This document shows, piece after piece, positions 1 to 13,700 of a stretch of 64,000 bases of DNA. The notes under the pieces were generated by a model. That model ran no database searches. It saw nothing but the letters and a program-made list of their open reading frames with translations, and had not been told where the DNA came from. Source of the stretch: Octopus bimaculoides (Eukaryota); contig NC_068992.1 of the NCBI RefSeq assembly GCF_001194135.2, positions 19,031,182 to 19,095,181 on the forward strand, given 5' to 3'. The position numbers and the translations under genes were made by a program. Positions within the stretch are counted from its first letter, which is position 1. Each line of letters starts with the position of its first letter.

Positions 1-150
1 ATACGACGAACTTCTTTCGGTGTCCGTCTATCAAATCCACTCACAAGGCTTTGGTCGGCCTGAGGCTATTTTAGAAGACACCTGCCCAAGGTGCCACGCA
101 GTGGGACTGAACCCGGAGCCATGTGGCGTGTAAGCAAGCAACTTATCACA
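1..150 (-). mobile_element. tRNA-derived SINE head (family A, octopus-type)
   Basis: Reverse complement resembles the head at 57222-57382 (gggttcagtcccactgcgtggcacc...gatttg). Confidence 0.75.
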
Positions 151-499
151 CATGTATTTGCTTTGACTTATGTGCAAGTTTGAGGAATTTAGAAATTCTT
201 TGAAAGGTTTCATGTAGTTTTTCAAGACACTATTAATGAGATCAAATTCGATACTTCAACAGAATTCATTGTTTTCTTTTTTTAGTCTGGAAACTTTCTC
301 GTTTAGAATTCCTACTTGACGCACACAATATTAAGAGACAATCTCATACAATATGAACGGTCATGCTATGGATCAATTTATAAAATATTTAATGGGAATA
401 TTGAAAGAAATTACCTTACATATAGACATTAGATCTACTTCAGTGATATCCAGTTTCATAGCCATAAAATTAAATTAAATTACAGGGCTACACTACAAT

Positions 500-780
500 A
501 ACACAAATCGAAACGGAGAACATTATGCACATCCACAAATGTTCCAAACTCGTCCGGTTATAATTTGGTATCTTGAATTCGGAATCAGTAAAGGAGCTTT
601 CGTTCTATCCTCGGAGACCGACATCTTCCAATTTGTACCCCTACGCAAACACTAGGGTAGAACTTGGAATAGGAAGGTAATCTGGTTTAATCTACAAATA
701 TATAATTCGGTCAAGGAACATTGAAGTCCCCCATCTAAATTATCTGGAATATTTGGCAGCAAGGAACTAAATGGATGATA
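500..780 (+). mobile_element. Decayed Penelope-like element ORF remnant (RT thumb/linker)
   Basis: Broken frames give HPQMFQ...LSSETDIF, RKVIWFN and SKLSGIF. These resemble the Penelope motifs HPP..I...LSS.E.IF, RKIIWFNPP and HKL.KIF. Confidence 0.45.
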
Positions 781-1230
781 ATAGATTTGAACATCTATAT
801 AGAATTTCTCGAAGAAAGCAACGCAATAGTTCAAGGGGTCGCGACACTGAAGAGGTTTTGCAAAAAGAGAAGATTTAGGGAGTAAATGTGTCGGATACAT
901 CGGATATATCTATATCAAGATATCTTTGTCTTTCTCATTTTCGCTCCGTAAATAGACGTACATATGTGATAGAAAGAAAGAAGGATAGACCGAGATACGA
1001 AAAGAAACAAATATATAAGTATTACAAAATCTAACATTGAATTGTTGACGAAAAATTGAGAATGGCCTGTAAGTTGCGTAGTTTCTATTTCACAGTGGTA
1101 GATATTTCACAATTACTCGTGGTGCAAATTGAGATGATTACATCAGGAAACAGATGTTTTAACATTTAAGAAGACGCAAAAGTGTTGCACTCACACCTAT
1201 AGTATTGTAGCATCTCTCTCACTCTCTGTA

Positions 1231-1415
1231 TATGTGTGTATGCATGTATGTATGTATGTATGTATGTATGTATGTATGTATGTATGTATGTATGCATGTA
1301 TATATACATGTATATATATATGTGTATACATATATGTATGTATATATATATATGTATGTATATATGTATATATGTATGTATATATGTATATATGTTTATA
1401 TATGTATATATATGT

Positions 1416-1450
<35 letters not shown>
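1231..1450. repeat. Compound microsatellite (TATG)n/(TA)n/(CA)n
   Basis: Read directly; explains the overlapping ORFs at 1166-1576. Confidence 0.95.
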
Positions 1451-1451
<1 letters not shown>

Positions 1452-1997
1452 TTGTTTTTTCTGTAGTTGCAGCTATGAGCTGCGGCCATGCTGATGCACC
1501 ACCATTTTGTTACACTGTTATTACTGAGAGCCTCCTCCAATATGTGGCACTTGGTGAAGAATTGAGTTTGATGTAGCTACACTCATTTGCACTTCTTGCC
1601 GTGAGGTAGGTTCATCTGGGACTCTCGAAGTCAAACTTCACCGCCCTGGAAATTTCTTCGTTCATAAATATTTACAAACGTCACTGTAGCGGCAAGTATT
1701 TGTAAATACTTATAATTATCCTTCTTTCATATTAAGCTTTCTTTAAACAGACAATATTAGCAAGCTTTCTTTCAATAGACAATATTTTTATTTTATGACT
1801 TAAAAATTACTACTTATTTACTTATCTTATCTTCTATTAACTTTGCAACTTTTTGTGCAGAAAAATCTTCCAGAATAGTCAAACATCCGTAGATATACAG
1901 AAAAAATAATTTTGAGGTGTAAAAGTCTTATTTACTTATCTTATATTAATGTTTACCAGAAAAAAATCAGCGCTCGTCGAAATATGAAAATGTGTTG

Positions 1998-2057
1998 AGA
2001 GAGAGGGGGGAGAGAGAAATAAAGAGAGTGAATGAAAAAGAGAGAATGAGAGAGAGA

Positions 2058-2094
<37 letters not shown>

Positions 2095-2152
2095 TGCGAG
2101 TGTGCGTCTGTAGATAGAGAGAAAGGGATTGAGAGAAAGAGAGAGAGAGAGA
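1998..2152. repeat. (GA)n/(GT)n microsatellites
   Basis: Read directly. Confidence 0.9.
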
Positions 2153-2500
2153 GGTAGCGTTCATCAATAAAGTGGAAAGGTTTTTGCTGAGAGAAAGGGT
2201 GAGAGGCGCTGTTTGATCCACCCCCTCTCTCATTGTTATTACCATTTTGTCTCTTCTCTTCTTTTTTACTCTTACTGACACTGCTACTTCCTTGTTGCGT
2301 GATGTTGGACAAAGTTACAAACAAGCTCATTATATATATTTATATATATACACACATATGACGGACTCACCCGTAGTCTTGACGAACCATTGTGAGTTAT
2401 ATCTTTAGAGAATGTTGTGTAAAGCCGGAACAATGTGAGAAGGTACAAAGTAAATTACAAAAGGAAGAGAAATCGGAACAAAGTTGCAATTTTACATTGT

Positions 2501-2540
2501 ATATCCATATTTCGAGGAGAAGACCTCTTCTTCAGGACAT
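2501..2540 (-). ncRNA. Minimal type I hammerhead ribozyme motif (Penelope-type), cleavage site probably mutated
   Basis: ATGTC-CTGAAGA-A-GAGG[TCTTCT]CCTC-GAAA-TA-T-G-GATAT. Both core boxes, 4-bp stem II, 5-bp stem I and palindromic ATAT in place of stem III are present; position 17 is G. Confidence 0.65.
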
Positions 2541-3289
2541 TTGCCTCCCTCTCTCTCTCTCACATCTCAGCAACCACCTTTTCCAGCTACCGCTTTTTCC
2601 AAATGTATCTTTCTAATAACTTTTAAAATATTCTGTTGAAAAGAATCCTTCGGATTACCAGGGGGAGATTTAAGTATAGTTGCATACTATTTAACCTCAT
2701 TATATTCTACCAATCATTACTAAATTTGCTGAAGTGAAAATCAAAGTTACGTACCGTAAGGTAAGGAGTGCTCTGGGATTTAAATGAAATTTACCATGAG
2801 TTGGTAAAATTATTCTGCGCAGTGAATATATAAACAACTAGATTTACATTTATAGGAACTTTTCTTGAAATTAAATTATTTGGTGATAAATGTGTCTGTT
2901 TAAATATGTAAGCAAGTATCAATACCAACAAACGACAACTCAGTAGTGGCAACCACAGAAGATATTTATTAAAATAGAAACAATAACAGCAGATCAAGCA
3001 CAAAAACATATGTTGTTGCAGTCAAATGTTCATTGAATCAACAACTGTAGAAGCTAGTTAAATTTCTTGCTTTCAACTGTCTGGATTGCTAGCTCACCCA
3101 AGAATGATATACTATTCTTTGGGCAGGACTGTCACATGCCTTCGGAAAACAAAATCAAGAAATGTAGAACATATAACTTTAGTACTGATATTCCAAACCT
3201 GTACAATCCCGTTAGTATCTCATGAAATATTGCTATTCCAGAGAATTCCTACCACATACGTTACTTATCAACGACGATAAAGTCATGAC

Positions 3290-3560
3290 CAGTCTTTGTT
3301 AAACCCATACCTATTTGGTTTAGCTAGAGATTTCGAAAGCATAAATCATCTTTATGGTGTCTACAGGACTACTACGGTGACTAAATGTAAACTTGTGTTC
3401 GTAGGGGCTATTCAACATTACCATGAGGATTTAGATAGAGTCTCAATATTTAAAAGTAAAGCGTTTACAATGACATCTTCCTTAAGCTGGACCATAAATG
3501 TGAGACGTCCGTGTATAAAGCTAAACGATGCTAAGTCTAACATTCACCACCAAATATGAT
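3290..3560 (+). mobile_element. Possible decayed RTE-type LINE reverse transcriptase fragment
   Basis: DRVSIFKSKAFTMTSSLSWTINVRR loosely resembles the RTE motif V..F.YLGS.I...SL..EI..R. Weak. Confidence 0.25.
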
Positions 3561-3790
3561 GAAGTGAACATAAAATAGGACAATTATAAGACGATGTAAA
3601 TAGAAATAAACTAAAAGAAATTATTATTAACCTTCTGGTTGTTGTTATTGTTTAATAGGAAGGGGAAGACATGCTGGAGTATTGGAAACAACGCTTGCAG
3701 TGTTTAGTTCAATCCATTCGCAATCTGACTTTTGAAGTTTGTCTTTTATTCTTGCGGGGTCGATAAAATGAGTATTGACTTAGGTCAATA

Positions 3791-4224
3791 TACCGCATAT
3801 ACTCGTGTACAAATTTCATTCGTGTAAAGTTGCGCCCCTAATTTAGTATCTAATCTTAGTACAATTTTGTTCCCTTCCATAATTCTAGGTTGCCCTGTGC
3901 AGAAGTCGCCTTCCAGGTCTTTTTATTTTGTATCCAGTTACAATCAGATATAAAATAATGGGACTTATGCATGTATGAATTCAGTTTTAACTTTTCCCTT
4001 TTCTCGAATCTAAGTCTTCGTGTACATGTAAAAAAAAAAAAAAAATCATCATTACTGTTATTGTTGCAGTTACTCCTCTTGTTGCACAGCAATATTCAAT
4101 TGTTATGTACAGTATATCACAATAAGGCTTGTCATAACTAACAACTAATCTTTCCTATTCCTCTACTCTGTCTTTCTAGCCTAAATTTATCTATGTGATG
4201 CATTATACACGCATCACACACGCA
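3791..4224. mobile_element. Possible pogo/Tigger-like MITE
   Basis: Left end taccgcatatactcgtgtacaa; degenerate inverted counterpart ttatacacgcatcacacacgca at about 4203-4224. Confidence 0.3.
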
Positions 4225-4692
4225 CTGCCTTTTCTATTTTCCTTCTTTCCCACTCGTTTTCTCTCGCTTTCCCCCCACCTCTCTCTATTTCTGCATTAGA
4301 CTAAATGTAAGACCGAGCCTTACCGAGCATGTGACAGCTTGTCGCTTGTCTCTTGCAGAAGTGTCAAAGGAATACAGATAATGCTGATTTCTGACATCTT
4401 TAACATTTAATGGCATCTTAAGAAATGCTGCGTAACATTTCGTATCAACAGAAGCAATGCTTGCACCACTGAGATGCTGTTGCAGCTACTACTGCTCCTG
4501 ATTATAGTGATGACGACGATGATGATGATGATAATCATCATCATTGCAACAACCGTCATCATCATCGTCATCATTTTATACTTAACCGATAAAGCTCAGA
4601 GTACCACATGTGTAAGCTGCGTGTTGGGTACAGATGAACTCAACCAAGTTCTCTGATGAGAACAGCAATAGCGCAGGAATTTTCGTGTAAAA

Positions 4693-4909
4693 ATTGGTTT
4701 CAAATTGTGGAACAAAGCTGGCAGGATTCGGAGACGGGTTAAGTTGATTAAATCAACCTCAGTGTTCAACTGGCACTTATTTTATCGACCTTGAAAGGAC
4801 GAAATGTAAAGTCGACTCTGGCAGACCTTGAACTCAGAACGTAAATACGGACGAAGTGACGCCAAGCACTTTGCTCGGCGTGCTAACGAATCTGCCAGCT
4901 CACCGTCAC
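4693..4909 (-). mobile_element. tRNA-derived SINE (family B)
   Basis: Contains the recurrent gtcgac...gaactcagaacgta...ggcgtgctaacg..ctgccagctc motif seen about 20 times in the window. Confidence 0.8.
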
Positions 4910-5177
4910 CTTTCTTTGTGTAAAATTTGTTGCACAAAATATTTAGTATGGAGACACGAGACTGTTCGATGTTCGTGCTATTTCGTTTTTAAATTATAAA
5001 TATGTATAAATCAAATGGCTGTTGAATATCCGTCATTTTACAGGCATGGCATCTCGTCCGTGTGCCCTCCAATCTTACTCTTAATTCTCTTCCATTTGAC
5101 CTAGGAGAATAGGACTGGAATGGAATCAATGCTGCCCTTCTCACACGAGTTTTCAAAATTTAGCGGCATTCGGCAAT

Positions 5178-5533
5178 TTCAGATTCTCAACCAATTTTTT
5201 TTTTTTATGTGTGGACCCATTGGATTATTATTTTATTTTGGCGGAACCCATAACCGTTCAGAATTTAAAAACTAGTTTTAAAGAAACGTCTTTCAAAATT
5301 CCTATTTTGTATTTCACACATTAATTTATGTAGGTTGAATTCTGTAAAATCTTAAACAAAGAATCGTAGCTGTTTCTTGCAATACATAACAATTCATACA
5401 TCTAAAGCAGAAATTTTCCGTGGAGCCTTAAAATACTATCATGGACACCCAATTTACTCTTTTGCTTCATGGACCCGCCAAAAATCTTATATGGCCTCTG
5501 AGGGTCCATATAGACCCCGGATGAGAACCATTT
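5178..5533. mobile_element. hAT-like MITE
   Basis: Degenerate inverted termini cagattctcaacc / gatgagaaccattt. Internal sequence recurs at 22990-23265 and, inverted, at 49072-49290. Confidence 0.55.
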
Positions 5534-6232
5534 ATTTAGATGAATTATCTTTTAGAAAAAGAGCAAAAAGTTTTTCTTGAGTCGGCTACGCCCACGAAAG
5601 GACCATTACTATTGGTGGGTGATGCTACTATCGCTACCACTGTTACTACCTACATCCACTCGGCTTTTATTATTAACGTTGATACTAGATGTCACTGCTA
5701 CTACTGTTACGGTTGGCGCCTTCACTGCTTTTGATGTTGCTGCAGCCATCTCCGTCTTCTTCTCCATTTAACATATAATTAACATAATATTATCGTAGGT
5801 GTTGCTTCTGCCACCATCATCATTGGTCGTCTTAAACAATTTTGCCACAGAAGAAAGAGAAGGAAGCGGAGGAAAGCCTTCATCTGTAAGAGGGCAGGTG
5901 AGAGGAAAAGTTTACTTTTTGATTGTTTTTACGCTGGCTCGTAAGGTTGCCATCTTGTATGTTGATAATTTTACATAAAGAAAAAAAAATAAAGAAAATA
6001 CGCCCACCAGGCGTATTCTAGTGGTTGCAATATTCTGCCACTGACAGGGCAAAGACAAACACAGGACACCAGCCAAGAGATTACTGATGTTCTTATTAAC
6101 AAGTTAGAACCAAAATTTAGCACAAAAAAACAATAACAAAGAGGTGAAAACAGCAATTATAACCGAGACTCACTTAACGCGTTCAAAAGTACGTTTGTAC
6201 TATTCCGCAGCAAATATAACAATAGCAATAGC

Positions 6233-6233
6233 C

Positions 6234-6295
<62 letters not shown>
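6233..6295. repeat. (TAA)n microsatellite
   Basis: Read directly. Confidence 0.95.
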
Positions 6296-6624
6296 TGAAA
6301 AATAGATTAACTGAGATCAAAGGCGATGAATGAGAAACATAAACCAAGTCGAGTGAAATTATATGTGGTTAAATTGAGAGAAAAATATGTTCAACAAAGC
6401 GTATTGAGAAAACAACGTGGCAGCAATATTCACAATAAATAGTGAAAATAGTAGGAAGTAAAACGAGACCCAGGTGTAAGCAAATTAAACAAGATTTAAC
6501 ATACGTAATTAATAGTTGAGAGGAGAAGCTAACTGTATAAATAACTATTGATAGTAAATGCAAACGAATAGAAAAAAGTAAAAGACAAAACAAAAGGATA
6601 TGGTGATATGTTGGTAAGTTTCTA

Positions 6625-6715
<91 letters not shown>

Positions 6716-6855
6716 GTTCTTTCATGGTATTCAGAATGTAATTATTTCCTGCTGAGCAGGCAGAGATGTAATTTGCTGTAGTAGAAGAAAGCATTCATAT
6801 GGCTAACATACCTACAACAAAAATACCAAATAATAATAAAAAGAACAAACACTAA

Positions 6856-6946
<91 letters not shown>

Positions 6947-7380
6947 GTTTACCATGCAGTGAAGTCTATAACTAATGTTTCTATGAACCCTGTCATAATT
7001 ACAATATTGATTGCAGCTGCTGCCGTTGATGACGATTACGACGACAACGACGATGATGACGACGACAACGAGACTGATGATGATAATGATGATAATAATC
7101 ATCATCACCATCGCCGTCATCATCATCATATTGAAGGCGATGACAATGATAGTGATGAAAGTCTCGACGTCGATGATGATGGCAAAGACAAAGGTAGCGA
7201 AGATGAGGATGATGATGATGACGATGGTGATGATAATGATGATGATGATAATGATGAAGTTGATGGTGAATATGACGAAGATTACGACCATGACCACAAC
7301 GATGGTGATGATGACGGTGAAGGCGACAAGGACAACGACGAAGATCACAGCATCGATGGTAACACTCTAGCGAACTGATG
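6625..7380. repeat. Triplet-repeat complex: (ATT)n, (ACT)n, (GCT)n and cryptic (GAY)n
   Basis: Read directly; produces the poly-I/S/A/D/H/M ORFs in several frames. Confidence 0.9.
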
Positions 7381-7440
7381 ATAAAAGAGTATGAAAGTTG
7401 AAGCAAAATAAACCGATTCTCGAGAGACGTGGACTTGTAT

Positions 7441-7716
7441 TGTGCAATGAAACATATTTCTGCAAGTGTACATGGCACGATGATACACATTAGATGATGT
7501 TTAGCGGGTTACGTATGAGAGATGAACGGTTACCCGTGATGTGGGAGAAAACAAGAATAGAAGTTTGTTTTTCAACTACAACCGCCTGTTACATAAATCA
7601 TGAAAAAATATGTATAAAATATCCAGTTGGGTACCGTACGAACAATCACTTGTAATTCGGGTTATGACTTACAGCATCGATCTGTGAGGAACACCTAGAA
7701 TTGATTAAGGTAATCA
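7441..7716 (+). pseudogene. Possible decayed two-Sushi/CCP-domain exon
   Basis: One frame with several stops reads HGTMIHIR*CLAGYV..G...CG...* and then GTVRTITCNSGYDL. The two C..GY motifs are 51 codons apart. Confidence 0.25.
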
Positions 7717-10700
7717 ATGCCAATAAATTTCTTCCGATGGGTAAATCTTGGGTTCGGTTCTCTGAATTTTACATATTTTACCGAATCTATACTCAAGAGA
7801 ATTACAATTTGGTACAGACGTATATATCCATCAGGGGAACAACTTCCGAATTATCTCTCTTCCATTAAACTTCAATTTTATACAATAGCTACTATAGCCA
7901 TATTTGCATTATGTATTTTTAGTGAATACACATAGTAGCTCGTATTTACATATGTGTGCTCCTGGTTGCGGAGTTTCACATGTTTTTCCACATATTTTGG
8001 CATCAAACTTGGTACATAGTGTTGTGAATTCGTACGATTGTATATCTATCCGTTTGTGTGTCTATTTATATATAAGTTCATGTATGTATTCGTAAGTTCT
8101 TGTATATGTCCATCTGCTCGAACTGTTTACATGTGAGTTCACTTTGTAGACAGCAGACTATATGACTAGACCAGTGGGAAGGCTTTTTGAGAAACAGTTG
8201 TTTACAACAGAGTTCGTTTATCCATGTATGGCATAAAATCAACTATATTATTATATCTTAAATGACAAATGTTGATTTACAAGGTACAAATATCCATTAT
8301 TTTAATGGAATATATCGGAAGTTGTATCATTCATGTCTTTCCTCTAAAAGATTAACAACTGCGTTAAAATAGTACATTAAGAAATCGAAAAACATTCAGT
8401 GATCCTGTCCCTCAGAAAGTGGATTCTTCATGAATATAAACATTTTCACAAATATATAACTACACACGGAACCGAACATAAAATATATGTTCCTTTCATA
8501 TATTCTCAGCATTCTTATCTGACTGCTACTAACACGTAGACATTACTAAACTTGTCAACGTTCGGTAAGGAGAAGGTTAAGTCGCTGACAAGGGAAACGA
8601 AACGTACAGCGGTTTTTTGCAAAATTATTCTACAGATGCCGTGAGCTATCAAGCCTTAAAGGGTTAATTCACTGTCAACAAGGTTTAGTAGCGCAATATC
8701 TATAAACATAAATATACATTTTTCATTGTTTTAATATCGGTCGACAGCGTTATTGCAATACTTTAACATGGTAATAGTAGTAACAGTAATAGTAGAATTA
8801 TTATTATTTTTGCTATTGTCGCTGTTCGTGTTCTTGTTGTAGTTGATGTGGTGTTGGTGTTGATGGTGTAAGCATANNNNNNNNNNNNNNNNNNNNNNNN
8901 NNNNNNNNNNNNNNNNNNNNNNNNNNNNNNNNNNNNNNNNNNNNNNNNNNNNNNNNNNNNNNNNNNNNNTATATATATATATATATTTCACTACTACCGT
9001 CGAATATATTTCTGAATTCTTACATTTTTAAACAATTAAGTTATTCCCGTTCTATGCTTAGTATAAATTAGCCTGACAATTCTTAGAGTTGTGTCCCCGT
9101 CCCTCTAATAATTGATATTGAAAATGAGTCAGTACAAAGCGTCACCCTTACCACTCGTCGTCCGCTACCCACACCACTAATGTATTCTAACATTTCTACG
9201 TTTACATATGTATTGCTAAACTTCTATACATACGCCTACACATACATGTAAACTAATATTTGCTTATATACTTAAGTAGAAATATATCCATATTTGGATA
9301 TACCCTATACATGCAGCTATATAACTTAAGCAAGCACACATTCTTTTGTTAACTGTAGTGTCATTATTGTATAAAATTCCCTGAATAGATAATTTTACAG
9401 CAATGCATGATCTTGCAGAATTGTCACTTATTACTTATCTACAAAAATATATGAATAACCGATTTTGATATACATGTATGCATATTTATAAGCAATAACC
9501 ATAGCATGTTTATATGCCAGTACTGAATCTATTATACCTGACTGACAAAGGAAAATACAACGATATAAGTAATACAACTATAATAAATATTGGATTATAC
9601 AGATAGTATAGCTAAGTCGGCATGTTTCGGTTTCATCTTATTGTTTATTATTATTATTTTTTTTACAATGAATAAATTCATTGACTTTTGTAAATTAGAG
9701 TTTCTCCGGAATATTGGTCGTTCGTAGTTGTGTATTGTAGAAGCTTTATTACCTCTAGTGGAATCTGTTTTCTGAATATTTTTTTATGCTTGTAAACAGC
9801 ATTTTTTTTTTTTTTTTTTTTTTTTTGTGGAATTTGTTTCCAAGTAACCCTATATCTTTGATATCATTTTTTAAAATCCATTTAATAAGCATGATCTTTG
9901 TTTTGTACTGCTCTGTTGTATATATTGCAAATTACCATGTAGTATGGGTTGGAGTCTGAACTTTCTTATCATTACATTCAGAATTAATTCTTCTATTTAT
10001 TATTTAATATGCATTGGTATTGTTGATGGAGAATGCGAAGAGCAAAATCACGTTCTGAGTTCGATTACCACCGATAACAAGAATGACTTCACTTTTTACA
10101 GAATCAACATAAACACCAGAAATATTTGGACATTATTTTCAACAATACCTCTTCTCTAAGATTCTATGTTATCTCGTTTCCTGTGATTTCTCATCGTTTC
10201 TCTTTTCACAACCGTAACATTTAAATTTTGGTAAAATCTAATCTTCAGGTTTCATACAGAATAATGAAAGTCATAGTCAGCGGTAATATATCCTATGTTT
10301 GACATTATTGACAAAATCTCCTGAAAGCAGTGCTCCAGTATGGTCGAAGTCCAATGATTGAAAACAAATAAAAGAGTAAACAAGAAACATGTTTATTGGT
10401 ATTATTCAGGTTTGCGGTCTGTCTGAATTTCTGAATTGGAAAATTATTATAATCATACGCTAAGAAATTCAAACCAATGTTCTCACCTTGCATGTTATTG
10501 CATTCATATTTCAGTTGTTGTACTCTCTGTCCTTTTACCAGTGACTGTTCTATTCGGTAATGCGTTCGGAATTTAAAACGAATCCGTCTATAAAATCCAC
10601 TGTGGCTCTTATTCTCTCATGCATATCAGGTATGTTCTGTGTATTAATAATTTTGCTACATGTGATTCCACTAGTTTGTTGCGCTTCAAGCTGAGTATAT

Positions 10701-13700
10701 ACAGCTTGACTGGCATACTGACTACCGAAAGTACTAGTATTAACACTCAATATCATGTTCTCTATAGTATTAATGAACATCTTTTTTGATTTCATACTCT
10801 AAGAGCATTCCAGAATGCATAAGTACCTGTAGAAAGCTGGAGAAAGGTAGACTGGCCAACGCCTTGTGATTATAACAACCAAGACGAGAACACTATTCTG
10901 AATGTTCTATAGGATGATATAGTCTGTGGTTTTACTATAAGGTTTTACTACAAAGTAATAGGTAGCAGCAGTAGGTCTCCGGATGATTTTGTCATTACGT
11001 TATGTAATTTATTATAATATTCATTATTTGATAAATTTTAGTGTTGCTGATGGAATATTTATATTCAGGAATATTTGATTTAAAAATCTTTGAAACATTA
11101 AAATCAAAGTCAGTGCAATATTTAGACAAGTCAAATTACGTATTGAGTTCTGTTGTTTGTGTGAGTGATATTGCCTCGCATATTTCCGTGGTCAATAAAA
11201 TATGTACCTTGCAGTTGTAGTGATTATTTGATTGGTTGTGTTCCACATGAAAAGCTTGTATCCTATACTGACTGTTAGGCTTATTCCCAGTAGCCATTAA
11301 CCGACATATATTTATATTAAACATCATTTGCTTTGATCTCACCTATTTAACTGGATGGTTAGTTGATATTTAGTAGTCATAGGCACTAAAACAAGCCTTT
11401 CAATGTTAAATAAAATATTACAAATCATTATTACGTAAAGGTAATGCTGCACTAGACACTGTAATGTTCAAGTTAAAAGGTGTACAGCATATTGCCTTGA
11501 TACTGATATGTTCTGATTTATATTACGTAGCATACTGTAGTATGTTTTGCGGATATAAACGACTATATCCAAGTAGTATGCCATATTAAATCTCGAGAAC
11601 GAATAGAGCTCGGTCTGTCCGTAAATAGAAGCAAACCACCTTGATATTTGAGGAACAGTTGATGACGTAAATGATTTGTATAGCCTCGCAATGATCTGCG
11701 TGTTGAAACTGGCACCAAATGTAAAATCGGATGGATAGCAGCTGTATCTTGGTGTTCCATAGACACAATGCATCCACCTATTCCAATATCATCGCAATAA
11801 TAACGGAGCCAAATTATAGAGAAATGTGGAGGAGAATTATGAAAGCATCAAAATACTAGTAATTTGACAAAGGTATTGGTGGAAAATCGTGAAATTTTCG
11901 CACCACGCTCAGAACAGAAACGAAGAATTATAAAGAGGCGTATCATCGCCGCATACACTCCAAGAAACATTAACGAAACGAAGAATGTGACTGGTTAATT
12001 TCATACTCTAAGAGCTTTTCAGAATGCATAAGTAAGTACCTGAAGAAAGCTGGAGAAAGGTGTACGAAAGGAACATTGTAATGACCTCCGGTAGATGTAA
12101 AGAAGCGAAATGGAAGACTTAGGCCACAGGAGAATCTGAAGTATGTCAAGAGACAGTGGAAAATCATAGAACACACAACTGATTAAGGATGCAGATGTAG
12201 AACGGTTCGATACGGAAACATGCTATCAATTGACTAAATTGAGAATCTCTGACTCCTCGTTACTATCACTTCAGTATATATTTTGATTGTTAACATCCGT
12301 CGGCGATTCAGTGTTACATAAAATAATGGTGGCTACTTAAAGTGTTAGATAACATAGTAGTGACTAACTACAGTGATATTGCTTGACAGAGCTCCAAATC
12401 TCTGAAGCAGTGAAATGAGCTAATGTGGCCCAACGCAGATAAACAACAAAATATGCAATGAATTGAGATCAACTGTAGTATATTGTGATCAACTATATTA
12501 TTAAGTGTAATATTTGAGTACCTGTGATTAGCAAGAAGAATATATAGCAATATCTGAAAATATCTGGTCTACGTTAAAAATATTTCTTCAGTTACATTAA
12601 TAGTAGCTAAAGGAATTTGCTTTCTATCTACATGTCGAAAATTCTTTCTTACTGAACATTTGTTCTTCCAAAATTTGACTTATATTTTATTAGTATCCTA
12701 TTAGTTAGTGCTAAGTTGAAGTCACAAAATTGTCATCGATCGGAATTTTTTCTTTTTATCGTTTGGTTTATTTTATGATGTTCTATCATCTGAATTGATA
12801 AAACTCAGCTAATTTCTTGGAGGCCTTATTAATTTTGAAGATACCAGAGTTTTATCAAGAAGAAAATAAGAAAAGTAAAATGGATGACTAAATAAATATA
12901 TCATGTAATCATTTGTATCTCGCTGTTAAACGAAAACGCATCTGATCACATCACCTGCTTGACAATTATTGATTATTTCAAAACGAAGAAAAAAACAATT
13001 CTATTTTCATTTTTCTCTTCACGTTCTTGTCCCAAGTCTAATGAGATATCGTGTAAGGCTGCTGCTAATGCAAGCTGTTATATTTACTGATTTATTTTTC
13101 TTATATTTTCAGCAATCTCCGGACGTTATGCAGGTGGAACACTTGAAATAACTGATTACACACACACACACACCACACACACACACACCACACACACACA
13201 CACCACACAGACACACACAGACACACACACACACACACAAATACACACACATGTTAACTGTATATATATATTTATATATATANNNNNNNNNNNNNNNNNN
13301 NNNNNNNNNNNNNNNNNNNNNNNNNNNNNNNNNNNNNNNNNNNNNNNNNNNNNNNNNNNNNNNNNNNNNNNNNNNNNNNNNNNNNNNNNNNNNNNNNNNN
13401 NNNNNNNNNNNNNNNNNNNNNNNNNNNNNNNNNNNNNNNNNNNNNNNNNNNNNNNNNNNNNNNNNNNNNNNNNNNNNNNNNNNNNNNNNNNNNNNNNNNN
13501 NNNNNNNNNNNNNNNNNNNNNNNNNNNNNNNNNNNNNNNNNNNNNNNNNNNNNNNNNNNNNNNNNNNNNNNTATATATACATATATATACATCCAACATA
13601 CATGGACACGCACATACATACACGCATACATGTATTCACACATCCATACATATTTTACTCACTTTTCTCTCCTGATGAACATTTAAAGTTAACCTAATTC

